Counted from the stretch's first letter, positions 1 to 11,289 are shown. The stretch: 35,606 nt of DNA from Utricularia gibba (GCA_002189035.1 NEEC01000132.1:1-35606); one strand, 5' to 3'. Made by a program: numbers and translations. Notes: generated by a model not told the origin, from the letters alone.

Positions 1-2587
1 TGTCTGCCTTCATTGGGTTGAGAGCTTCATAAAACACAGCACATGGCTAAAGAATCCATCCGACGTCAAGGCAGCTAGATTTCTTGCAAAAGGGTATCAA
101 AATCTAAGGCCTTTTCGTCTCATCCAAATTCCTTACAGAGTGGCTTCATGAATTGCCAGATTTTAGATCTTCTTTGCAACCCTTGCAGATATACCAAATT
201 AAAATCATGCATGGCAGATCTGGGAATTGACAAGTAAGTAGCTTAGATTAATTATATTTCGCCAAGTGTTCACTCAAAATACTAGATTCATCTCTAACTG
301 ATCAAGAATCACTAGATTCTTCTATAACTGAGAATAATCACTATTTCATATAAACTGACAGTTTATAAAGCTGTTTCCTTCAATGGTTGCAGCAAATTTC
401 TAATTTTCTAATCAGATAAACGACTGCCCAAATTCTCATTCTCCTGTCATTCATTCGTGTGTAATCAGCATAGATGAGTCCCTTCTAAAATGAGTCATCC
501 TCTGTTGCCATGTATTCAACAGACCGGTTCCTTGTTCATTAACCTAGAGATCATCAATAAATTATAGTGTGAAGCTTTGATATTGAATCTTAGAAATCTT
601 GTTACAGGGAGATGTTAGCAGTCAACAAAGAGACCCAGTCATTTGACAAGGTAGGTCCTGCAAAAGCCTCTAAGTTTCTTTCATCCTCAAATTTATATTC
701 ACCATTGCTATCTTTTTGGGAGATCATTACGGCTGCCAATTATCTTGGCTGCAAATATTCCAAATGGTGATTTTCACAATCAGAAAGCTTACATATCTCT
801 CGGCACTCAACTTAAGTAATACCTTCTAGGTTGAGCTTTGTATTACATCTTCTGTTGTCTGTATTCACAATGCTAGGCATTGGAGAGTGTTGAAGATGCC
901 GTTCTGCGACTGGAGGAACTACTCAAAGAACTGCATGTATCAAACTCAGGTTGTGGAAAGGAGCACTTGAAGGCTGCCTGTTCAGATCTGGAAGGTATAA
1001 GAAGACTGAAGAAAGAGGCAGAATTCCTGGAAGCGTCTTTCCGAGCTAAAGAAGCTTCTCTTCATCGAGTATGTCAAAATCGTCAAAATGTGGTCAACAT
1101 TCTATGAAAAATGAACTCTAAAGTGCCTTTCGCTTTCTTTGAAACCCTCTTGTTGCTGATATATCAGGATGGTGTGGATCGCCGTACATTTCCTGTTGGA
1201 CGGCAAGAGTCTTCTGATGGAATGACTGAAAAAGATTCTAACACAAAGACAAATAAGGACAGCAGGTGCAAAAATCTCATATTACCTTTTCTTGGTCGTC
1301 TTTACTGCTCTGTTATGCATAGCTAAAGTTTTTAAAAGCTGGAGGTTTGTCTGATTGTTGCACTCTTATTTTTCATATCAGCAGTTCAGTTGGATTTTGG
1401 AGATACATTGTACAGCGCCTTACAAAATCCTCTGATGTTACCACACAAGCTACCGAAAATGAGGTATGCCATGTTCCATATCTAGTTGGCTTGTCTCACT
1501 TCACCTTCGACTTGCCCAATATCTGCTTCACTTAATATGCAATACCGGTTTTTTATGTGTCCTTAATAAGTGGGGGGCATATCTTTACTGTGCGTTTAAC
1601 AGGATGGTCCGTTTCTTCAAGAAGAAGCTACTTCAATCAATGAAATGGCTGGAAAGGATTCAAATGAAGTCCAGCGGTTTGAAGTTTTAAGGTCTGAGCT
1701 AATGGAACTTGAGAGGCGAGTTCAAACGAGTGCTAGCACACGTGAATATGATGAGGTATATTTGATTCGTGCAAGTAGTTTTTAAATTTTTTGATTAATC
1801 AAATAATGGTGCAGGAAGAATTGCAGCTAAAGAATACTAAACTCGCGCTCAATGATACCCCTGGGAGCAATTCTCTGGCTCCTGTTGGGAAGCAAGTTGG
1901 TATTATTGGGAAATCACTTGATAAACTGAAAGAGACAAGCACGGTATGAGTTACCGTTTCTCGGCTGTTTTCACAGCACACACGGTATACATCATCACAG
2001 AAAGCATTGGATAGATAATGTGTATTCATTTGTATAGATCTGATGAAGCATGATGCCAACCTCTTGCAGTTTTCACCGCTGAACATTATGCTATGCATTG
2101 TCTGTTTGTGTTCGCATGCGCAGGATGTCCTTCAAGGCACTCAACTTCTAGCCATAGATACTGCTGCCGCTGTAGGACTGCTTAGGAGGGCGCTCATCGG
2201 CGATGAGCTGACAGAGAAAGAAAAGCAGGCCCTGCGACGCACATTGACCTTGGCCCCATTGGCGTCCTCATGTTGCTTCCAGTAAGATACTCCCTCAGCC
2301 TTTAGCTCACTTGGCTTCACGCGGCTCTCGAAATCACTCCATGTTCGATGTCAGGTCACTGCAGTTGGCATGCCGCGATGTTGGCTGCAATCCAGCGATA
2401 CATGCCTGCACTGGTTCGTACTACTGATTCCATTCTATTCTATAGAAGATAACTGGTGCTCATGATGCCTCCATGGCAGATACCATCCACATATGGGCAG
2501 GAACGCCTGGATCTCCTGAGGAAGCTTCAGAAAGTGAGGGAATTGGAAGGGGAAGTAATGACAAGCACTGAGGACGGCCAAGAGTAA
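1..2587 (+). CDS. LETM1-like protein (plant family of Arabidopsis At3g11560/At5g06220), 3' part; frameshifted near C-terminus as assembled
   Basis: GT-AG exons with consistent phases: <1-93, 189-233, 608-650, 877-1068, 1168-1265, 1382-1463, 1603-1755, 1815-1943, 2124-2281, 2355-2413, 2480-2587. Translation includes HWVESFIKHSTWLKNPSDVKAARFLAKG, ALESVEDAVLRLEELLKELH...ACSDLEGIRRLKKEAEFLEASFRAK, DVLQGTQLLAID...GDELTEKEKQALRRTLT, PIGVLMLLP|VTAVG(H)AAMLAAIQRYMPAL|IPSTYGQERLDLLRKL, which I recognise as this family. Frame breaks at ~2250 and ~2368. Confidence 0.88.
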
Positions 2588-3822
2588 CCCCACCAATCCC
2601 GTATGCAGAGGTTCACTGAACATAAATCTAAAGATTACGTCGGGCAAATTTCCATTGCTTTTCACTTTTCTACCATGTTATTATAATACTCTGCTCAGCA
2701 AGCAAGCAAGCAACCTGTTCCTTCTGTTAAGGATTGAATAGTAACATTGTACAGTGAAACCTTTTTGTGTCAGTGAAAAAGGTGACTAGTTGAACACTAG
2801 ACTGATGAACGGAATGCAAGCAGCAGCGGGTGGGGGGGACAAAAAATCAGAGGAACCAACCAGCATCAGTATGAATCATATCCATCTATCCGTACAAGGT
2901 TTTTGAGACAAGGGGATGCAATCCAACCGTCCATGCTCTGTCCGATCTTATCATCAGCTCCGTCACTTTCTTCTGCTCGCCGTTGAAAGGCGTGCGGGAC
3001 CCCTCCTTCACTCTCTTTCTTAGAATGCAACATGACTGACTCTACCCACAGAATCTGGGATTCTTCCTCTCCTTCCTTCTACTCCCCCACTCTGCAACTG
3101 AATATTAAGCAACACAGCAGCTGATATAAAAAGGCCACTTCAGCTCTCCCACATCTCATCTCTCCGTCCTGATAAACAGTCCCTTGTGCTTGTTTCCTCC
3201 GAGAAACTCATCATATCCTGAGATTAAGAAACAAAAGAAATTGCTGACAACCGAAACTGACAGTCACCATTATATGGACAAGGTTTACGAAAACAAGATA
3301 AGCTTTTGTTGACATGTGGGCACAAAAGGAGGAGGGTTCGCAAGACCATCGCCTTCACATAACATCAGCTATCAATCACATAAAGAAAAGTAGGCAATTG
3401 TCTGTTTTTCATCCTCAAATTCCCTAAGAAAATGAAACCAATCAAACCAAGTCACCGACCCCTCCATAGAAAATTGATAGCTAGTAGCAGAAAGGGGCAG
3501 AGCTTCTGGACCACATACCTAAGGTGTCACAAATTCATGCTTCCTTCCAAGTACTCATTGTTCTACCGTAACATTTATGTAGGTTTTAAGGTTCAGGGTA
3601 ATTTTTTCCCCTGTGGACAAACAGATGTTCCAGGGAGATACGTTTCTCAGAATAGCAAGCAGAGATCTGACCAAACTTGTTCTATGGTTAAACAAAGTCC
3701 AATACCTTAAATGACAATCACCTATTTACGAACATGTGTTGATTTGACATCAGAACGAGGATCAAGATAACTTTGTTTTTTAATTTGTAAGTCTGAAAGA
3801 TGGGAAAAATTGGAGTGTGTAC

Positions 3823-4909
3823 CGTATTTGAGTAGTATTGATGATATGGGTTTGCGTGACTGGAGTATGCTGAATCAACCGGCGTCGAAGTTTGCGTTTC
3901 GCCGCCGTGAAACTCCAAGTTGACACCGAATAGCCTCAGTGTCTTGAAACTATTATTTCCTGTAATTGCTTGATTCTGTTGCACTGGAGAAGATCCTGTA
4001 TTTTATTTATATTCTCAATCAATGAATGATAGATGATGCAGTGCAGTGAAGTGAGATGAATGAATCTTTCGGGAAAAAGGAAACCCACACGCATGCAAAT
4101 TTGCAGAGCTCAGAGATTGCTTTTCTTCAGGAAACACCAACACAATTTTCATTGCAGAGAAAATGCAGGAAGTAGGTAATTTTTAATCGAAAAAATGAGC
4201 AATAGGCTTTGGGAATCACTACTTTTTTTAAAAAAAATTATTACCGGTAGGAGGGCCTGGATTTTTGGGTTGACCGGAGTTTTCCCTGTTCCATCCCTGC
4301 CATCCCCACTCGCAGCGGCGATCTGGTTCCTCCGCCGCCATCCAATGAATAAGCTGCCCGTGGATGCGCGGTGGCGAGAAAAGGTAACTACATCACCGGC
4401 GTCGAGACGTTTCTCCTTCACGAAACGGCTCCATCCCTTTGTTAAAACGTAGCTCTGGCTGCTGTTCCAGTAAGAGTAACGAAATCTCCATGTTGTCCCT
4501 ATTTCGTCCATGAAGTTTAAGAGAAGTCCATTTTCACAGGATTCACCGCCGCAGTTCATCGGAAAATGCCTCTCGGCATACTGTTTCGGGATCACGAGAC
4601 GGTTGAGTTTCCCGACGTCGCTCGGCGTTAATGGCTTCTCGAACAACATCTCTCTGTCGCGCAACCATTCCTCCGTCGCGGCGGCGTCGTAGTTGCTGTT
4701 TTTGTCCAGTTCTTCGTCTTCATCATTGTTGAGGTTGAGATTGAAGGCGAAAGGGGCGGCGCAGGCGTGGTTGTTTGCAGGCAGAATATTCCTCCGGCGG
4801 GGACGAGGAAGCGGCGGTCGTGATTGGGTGGCGGAGACTCCGTGAGGGAGTTTGGCCAGCACCCATCGGCGGCGTCTGGAAGTTCCGAATAGTAGTGATT
4901 GACAGACAT
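3823..4909 (-). CDS. NGAL: NGATHA-like (NGAL/SOD7/DPA4/ABS2 type, RAV subfamily) B3-domain transcriptional repressor; frameshifted as assembled, last exon unresolved
   Basis: N-terminus MSVNHY (ATG 4909). B3 domain [32 protein letters not shown]...[33 protein letters not shown]...LFIGWRRR (~4330-4655). Donor CCG|GTAATA at 4245/4244 and acceptor TACAG| at 3995. Exon 3995-3823 contains the RLFGV repression motif ([11 protein letters not shown]). No AP2 domain. Confidence 0.88.
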
Positions 4910-5474
4910 GTCTGAGTTTGCGCAAGTGTTGGATGACTGGCGCAGGAGAAACATGGAAGGGGACGCGCACACAACGCCCCTACTTATAATTCTTCTGCAC
5001 ACATAGAATTTATTCATTTATTCCACATCACAATTATCTCATTATCCCATTCCCATTTTTGTAGTGACAAGTATGAGAGAGAGCCTTTGGAGGCCTTGTG
5101 CTGAGATGTTCTTTTTTTTTTTTTTTTCTTTCTACTACTCCAATTAGATATGTATGTAATGTGATGCAATCCGAGCAGCAGTCGTGGCATGAAGTCGATT
5201 TTCGAATCTGTGTCCATACATCCATATGGAAAAAGAAAGGCAGGCATCCATTTATTTAATAAATGCAGCCTGCAGGATGGGTTTGTTGACGGTTTTGTAC
5301 TAACTCAACCCCTCTCTCTCTTTGCACTCCCTTCTGTCTTTTGCTTGATAGTTGTTGATAGAGTAGAGTAGATGGCAGAATGTTGGGTTCGGCACCTGGA
5401 GGGGGAGGGGAGGGGGGCTACATTTTTTTAATCCCGGAGCTATTTGTACACGTGCAGGGTGGGTTTTGTGCCCA

Positions 5475-5493
5475 GGGGTTGGGTTGGGTTGGG
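5475..5493 (+). other. Putative G-quadruplex motif (GGGTT)n upstream of NGAL
   Basis: GGGGTTGGGTTGGGTTGGG: four G3+ tracts with 2-nt loops. A second G-rich run lies at 5401-5417. Confidence 0.5.
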
Positions 5494-6350
5494 TTGAGTT
5501 CATCTCAAGGAGTAATGCTTGAATAATTTGGTGGGGGAGTGGGAGTGGTGTAAGAGAATGAATAAAGCAGCAGGTGATGCGTGCAGAATTCAGTATTTTA
5601 AAATTGTGATAAGCGTTGGAGGGAGGGCATGGGCATGGGAAATCTCCTCACCCAAAAGACGTGTGGCATCCGGAGGGCCACCTGTGCAGCTTCACGTTGG
5701 CCTTATCAGACAGACGAGACGACTATCCCTTTCCTTTCCCTTAGGCCCTGCCCTGCCCTATCCACCCTCCATCACATTTTTCATTTTGGTGTTGGTGGGC
5801 TCCCGCTCCCAGTCCCGTATTTCGAACCAGTTGCACGGGAAGGGCGATATCCGCGACACCCCGGATACATAAATGCTGCCCATCTGTCTCTCCAACAGAC
5901 AGACAGCGACGGGCGGAGAGGACACAATTATTTAATCATCATGATTGAGATGAACCAACACACAGGCCAGGCGACGCGCACCGTTCCATTCCATTTCGTC
6001 CCAGCCTATCACTCCAAATTCCACATTACAATGTCATAAATATCCAGCGAGGTTGTGTTGGTCCTCCAGCCCCGATACAATCTCCTTGCAACAAATGAAC
6101 TAATATGACAATTTGGAACAGAATGGTCCGTACAATGATGAATTGCAGAAAACAACACCCAAGAAATCACTACTCTCTTTATCTGCTGCTCCAACTGGCC
6201 CATCCTAACCTAAATAATTCCTCTTACGAATTCTTTGGATGCGAGAAATTGAGGTGGTCTGATCTCATAGGACTTTGATTTTCATGAGCTCACATGGAAT
6301 ACTAAATGATTTTTTTTAAAAAAATAACATACAATATATAAGAAGATTAT

Positions 6351-6790
6351 TGTCATGACTCATGTCCGCGGCCCAAGAGACATGAATGCAAGTCCTAGCC
6401 AACATTAGGATTTAAGGCAACTTAACATTTGTATAACATAGGAGAAAAACATAAAGTAAACTTATATACATTGACTCATAATTAACCTAACATGCAAAGT
6501 TAATACAACCAACCTACATATGATACAACTCATACATAAATCTCTACAACCATTAAAATACCTCTCATAATTTGGATACCCATATTCCTACTTTGGTTGA
6601 TCATCTAATCCTTAGTCATCCCCTTCCATGCCTAGAACAAGTTTAAAGCATGAAGTGATTATGCTGCCGTAATTTGGAAGGAAACATACCGAAGCATGAA
6701 GAGAATGAAAAGTGTTTGAGCATAAAATCCCATGAACAAATATAAAATCACATTGTGAGTCTCATAATCTATATCCAAATCCCTTGACCC
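6351..6790. mobile_element. Possible Gypsy (Tekay-like) LTR remnant, target of the Ale insertion
   Basis: Starts TGTCATGAC...CCGCGGCCCAAG, resembling Tekay LTR termini. No partner LTR or TSD found. Confidence 0.25.
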
Positions 6791-6797
6791 TTCAACT

Positions 6798-6994
6798 TGT
6801 TAAAAGTAACCACGTGTGAAGCTCCTAACCACCAAGACCGAGTATTACGGCACCATGGCTGCCACCGCTTCCCACTCCAACTTCCCTCACATTCATCATA
6901 TTCCTCCTTTATTTTCTAACCGACACCTGTATATAAACACCATTGAATGATGAGACAAGTGTGCTCTCTTTTAATACAAAATTATTATTTTGAA
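6798..6994 (+). repeat. 5' LTR of Ale-type Copia (3' end truncated)
   Basis: Aligns to 16391-16598 with about 9 substitutions and a 10-nt deletion by manual count. Lacks the terminal TTTTTTCA and the PBS. Confidence 0.9.
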
Positions 6995-8179
6995 AAAAGC
7001 TATATCTAGCCTTGTGATTGTTAAGTATTGTAAACTTCCAGCAATACTCCGGTATTGAAATTCTGCAATACCAACAAGAGGTGTGCCTTGATATTTGGAC
7101 AGCTTTTCACTTGAGGACATAGGGGTTGAGGTTGGTTTGCATTTCTCCATGTTGGCACGCTTGAGAAGATCCGAGGCATACCGCTATTGAGACAATAAAA
7201 GGTTTCCGTGATCTAATGTAACCTGAATCCTCAAGAATTATTCAAGAGACCCCAAATCTTTTACATCAAATAAGGTGCGTAGGTTTGAGGTAAGCTTTGT
7301 TGTGGCATTGTCACATGAGTTGACTATGATGATATCATCGACATATATGAGCATATACATGACGAGTTCACCCTACTGAAAAATATATAGAGATGTATCC
7401 GCCTTGGAGAGAATAAAGCTTAAAGCAAGAAGTTTGCTTGTCAAATGAGAATGCCAGGCTCTTGGAGCCTGCTTGAGGCCATAGAGAGATTTGTTCAATT
7501 TGCATATATAATTAGATGGAGCATGCGGATCTGTATAACCTAAGGGTTGGCGCATATATATGTCTTCTTTGAGGAGACCATGGAGAAAAGCATTCTAAAT
7601 GTTGATTTGGTGTAAGCTCTAGCCCTTAGAAACAGCAAGAGAAAGTATGATTCTTATGGTGGTTGGCTTGATGATGGGGCTATAGGTGTCAAGATAATCA
7701 ACTCCAAATCGTTGTTTGAATCCCTTTGCGATCAACTGGGCTTTGCATCTATCAATAAAGCCATCGGCCTTCCGTTTGAGTTTAAAGACCCATTTGCTAT
7801 CAATCAAGTTGATTCCTTGCTTTGGTGGAATAAGTGTCCAGGTGCGGTTGCGAAGGAGTGCAGAGTACTCGTCATTCATTGCTTGTTTCCACTCAGGTTG
7901 GGCCATGGTTTGAATATAATTAGTTGGTTCGACAATGCTGAACATTAGAGCAGCAGCCACATATCGAACAGTCCCAGGTTGTGCAGCAGGTTGTGCAACA
8001 ACATGTGGTGCAATGGTGTCTGTTGCAATGGGTTCGACAGGGGAACTAGGAGATCTTGCAAAATCAATAGAACCAGAGATAGGAAGCGGTGAGGGACATA
8101 TTTGTCCATTATTAGCAGAATCCTCATTCGTTGCTGGGCTGTTGGAAGGTGTGCCCATTTCAGATATTGGAAGGGACAT
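6991..8179 (-). pseudogene. Copia reverse transcriptase remnant plus IN-RT linker (inverted relative to LTRs)
   Basis: EPTNYIQTMAQPEWKQAMNDEYSALLRNRTWTLIPP...SKWVFKLK...AKGFKQRFGVDYLDTYSP; [17 protein letters not shown]; ends at YRSIAGSLQYLTITRLDIAF at ~6995. Stops and frameshifts present. Confidence 0.9.
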
Positions 8180-8644
8180 TGTTATGGGTGAAATCAGTAT
8201 CCGGTGAGAGGCCAATTTTAGGTGATAGGCGTGGTCGGGAATGCCACATTTAGTCACCTTCTTCACGGCAGTCGGGAATGCCACACTTAGGTGAAATCGA
8301 TATTAAAATAAGAGTGCACAGGGATTTTTTTACGTGGAAACCGCCGGAGAGCGGAAAAACCACGGAGCTGCCGGAGCACGCCGGAAAAGAGTTTCACTAG
8401 GCGGAGGTCACGAAAAAGGAGAATACAACTTGAAGAAATCTTTTTTGAGTCCAACCCCTCTCTTGTCATAATTCCGTCTATTTATAGGAGAGCTCACTCT
8501 GACCGAATTCTGGTGTCTGCAAACATCGGTTGCTTTCTGCTCCTGCTATACGATCTCGCTTTTCAGGTATCGGCCGCCTGTTATGCCGTAATTCGGCCGC
8601 TTTTCAGGCTGTGTCATATGGTCATACCTGTCAGATTTCTGACA
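8180..8644 (-). repeat. 3' LTR of Tat/Retand element
   Basis: Aligns with 13321-13760 (about 15 substitutions by manual count, plus a templated insertion at 8270-8301). Confidence 0.92.
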
Positions 8645-8778
8645 GATAGTTGCCGCTTCCCCTGAATAGGCCACATGCCGTTCTCTGCCACGCGTCGGCT
8701 CGTTGGCACGCCACGTTTTTTCCCGCTCATTCTGGGTACCCCAAACGTCACGACGCTTCATCTCCCTAACCCTTCCCG

Positions 8779-8786
8779 TATAAATA
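8779..8786 (+). promoter_or_regulatory. Putative TATA box of the antisense accessory gene
   Basis: TATAAATA followed by a pyrimidine-rich leader, a plausible 5'UTR intron (CAG|GTATCA ~8917 to TTCTAG| ~9022) and ATG at 9043. Confidence 0.5.
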
Positions 8787-9042
8787 AGTGCCCTTCGCGT
8801 CAGTTCTTTCCTTTGCCCTTTCTGTTGCCTGCAAGAGTTTTGTGCCCTCCGTGATCCGTCACACTCGTCCGCTGCTCAATCGTCGCGATATCCGTCGGAA
8901 AACGTCAATTTTCCAGGTATCATTCGGTTCTTCGTCTTTTCCGTTGGCTCTTCTGGGATTTTTGACGGGTCCCCCTTGTCGTTCTAAGTCCTTCCCCCTT
9001 CCTAACTCCTGCCTCGTTCTAGGGTTTTGGGCTTATTTGAAA

Positions 9043-11289
9043 ATGGGTAGGAGATCTAGTGAACTACATCCCTTCCCTTCGCATTCGGTACTCGATCCCT
9101 GATGAGTACCAGCTTTCTCATGCTCAGAGATACTGAAATCCCTTGGGGGTTAGTAAGGACCCCCTACCTCCATTCAGTCTCCCAATTCCACTTGCCTATT
9201 TCGAAAGCAGTTTACGCTTCCCTCTTCACCCTTTAATAGTCCGTTTTCTCTATACTTTTGCAATTCCGATTTACTGTCTTGCCTCGAATTCTATATTCTG
9301 CTTTACCACTTTCCTTTTCTATTCGGCCGGTATGGATCCGGCTATGACTCTGGTAGACTTCTGTGATCTCTTCAAGATAGCCGTTCGTAAAGCTAAGTCC
9401 CCGATAGATGGCCGATCTCACTTTCAATTCCGCTGATTTGAAGATAACCCCAACTTTGTTGTCAAAGCCCCCGATACCCACCATGATTGGTGGTCTTCTT
9501 TCGTTTGGATAGCTCCCCCTTTGGGTTCTCGGTTGAACTTCCCAGTCGATCCCCCAACTCCTTTCAGGATCAAGATCTTGGGTGCGTATCGGTCTTCTTC
9601 CGAATCTCGCGAAGTCCTTTATGAGAGGCTTATTCGGGGCTCAGTTCGGTATGAGTCTCGTGCCTTGATGTTCTCAGGTGAGTCATTGAAAAGATCAGGT
9701 ATTATCGGTCGTTCCCGAGACCTCCATTGGCCCGATATCATTCCTTTCGACGGCACCAATTCGAGGAGCCTTCCTCTTAGCCCCTCTTCATCCTTCCCTC
9801 TTGTTCCGGCATCACCTCCAATTCCCCCACCTGTTCAAACCGGGGCCCCAAGAAAAAGAAGAGGGTTAAGACAATTGCGCACAAACCCTCAAAGAGGCAG
9901 AGAGGTAGTCGGGTTCAGCTTTCCCGAGTCTAAGAATCGGCACTATGCCTTATTGCTCTTCCTTATTTCGTTTTCAGCTGAAGAGATGGTTCGGAGAAGT
10001 TCTCTGGAAGATTCGGTGATGGTGCGGTTCTCCGCCGAGATGCAGAGGGCGCAGGAACCCGAGGATCCCTCCCTGCACCAGTCTGTCTCCTATTTAACAG
10101 TTACCGCGAATTCCTGATTATAACCCCCCCCCCCCTTTTTTTTTTGGTTTTTCTTTCAGGCTGATACGATTGGAGCTCAGTTGGACGCCGCTGATCCTTC
10201 CTCGGGGGAAGATCAAGTAGTAGAAGTCTCCGAGACCCGGGAGTTGACTTCCCGTCCTTCAGCCGGGAAAGGGAAAGAGAAACTTCCTCCATCACCCGAT
10301 CTCAGCGATACTCCTATTCCCGATGCAAGATTCTTTTCGGCTGGTGCTTCAACATCGGCTCTTCCAATCGAGTTACAGAGGGATTCTGCCCTCGTAGAAG
10401 TAAGGGACAATCCGGTGCTTCCTCTACCCTCAGTTCTAGCTGAACTAAGGAGAATCCTGGATAGAGCTATGTCTAATACCTCGGGTGTTGAACCGGAGAC
10501 GGTACTTGAAGGGATTTGGCAGGTACGTATCCCGTTTCCTCTTCTAAATTCTAATTAGTCGGTCCTTGACTAGGGATATTCTTTCAGGCTCTAACTCTTG
10601 GGTGGGGAATGGTTAGAGAGATTGGCTCTCAATCGGAGGAAGTCTCTCGGCTTCGCGCCCAAGTTGTGGCTCAGAGCGCCCAGATAAAGTTGTTGGAGGA
10701 GGAGGGGAGTTCTCTGAAAACCGTTTTAGGGAAGTGCAGCTGCCAGGAGGAAGAACTGCGAAATGTGATTGAGGAAATGGGAAAGGCGGTTGACGACGCT
10801 CAATCAGAGAGAGAGGGCTTCAAAGTCCGATTTGAGGAGGCAGAAGCGGAGTTAGAGCATGCCAGGGGCTGCATTTCAGCATTGGAGGCCGAATTACTTG
10901 ATCAACAAGCATCTCGGCAGGGTCTTCTGGATGAGTTTGTCAATTCGGCCTGTTTTGCCGAACTCTACGATATCTATGCAGGAGATTTAATCGGCTTACT
11001 TCTATACCGTCAGAGACGACAGTTCAGCCGGGAATTTGGGCTTTCAATCATGGATCCGCGCTTCGACAGGATAAATCCCCTGTCAAAGGATGAGAACATG
11101 CTTGATGTTATCGCGGATACCTTCCAGGCCCCGGAGTTCGGGTTCGAAGCTGACTGGGAGCGACTGATTTCGCTAATTTGGGCGAGGATAGGGCGAGAGA
11201 ATGACACCAAGTTGAGGGCAAGGATGGAACGGCATACCGGTTCCTCTGCCAATCCTCCCGATAATCCCCCATCCCCTCCTGTACTTTAG
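9043..11289 (+). pseudogene. Antisense accessory gene of Tat/Retand element: Transposase_28-like domain, NLS and long coiled coil; spliced, mildly decayed
   Basis: IPDEYQL...AYFESSLRFPLHPLIVRFLYTFAIPIYCLASNS...HHDWWSSFVWIAPP. PKKKKRVK at 9847-9870. Introns 9905-9977, ~10101-10159 (donor uncertain) and 10523-10587. Last exon 10588-11289 is Glu/Arg/Leu-rich with heptad-like pattern. A few stops and frameshifts in exon 1. Confidence 0.78.

Noticed and set aside
2600-3720. Short ORFs (e.g. 3432-3710) and a (GCAA)4 repeat between the two genes
   Set aside because: No recognisable motifs; likely UTR or intergenic noise.
4149-4970. 273-aa ORF as the true NGAL protein
   Set aside because: It starts at GTG, its N-terminus is not NGAL-like, and its C-terminus reads into an intron. 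Only the B3 part is real.
5014-6203. Several 60-136 aa ORFs and possible TCP/AuxRE motifs upstream of NGAL
   Set aside because: No homology recognised, and the motifs are imperfect and expected by chance.
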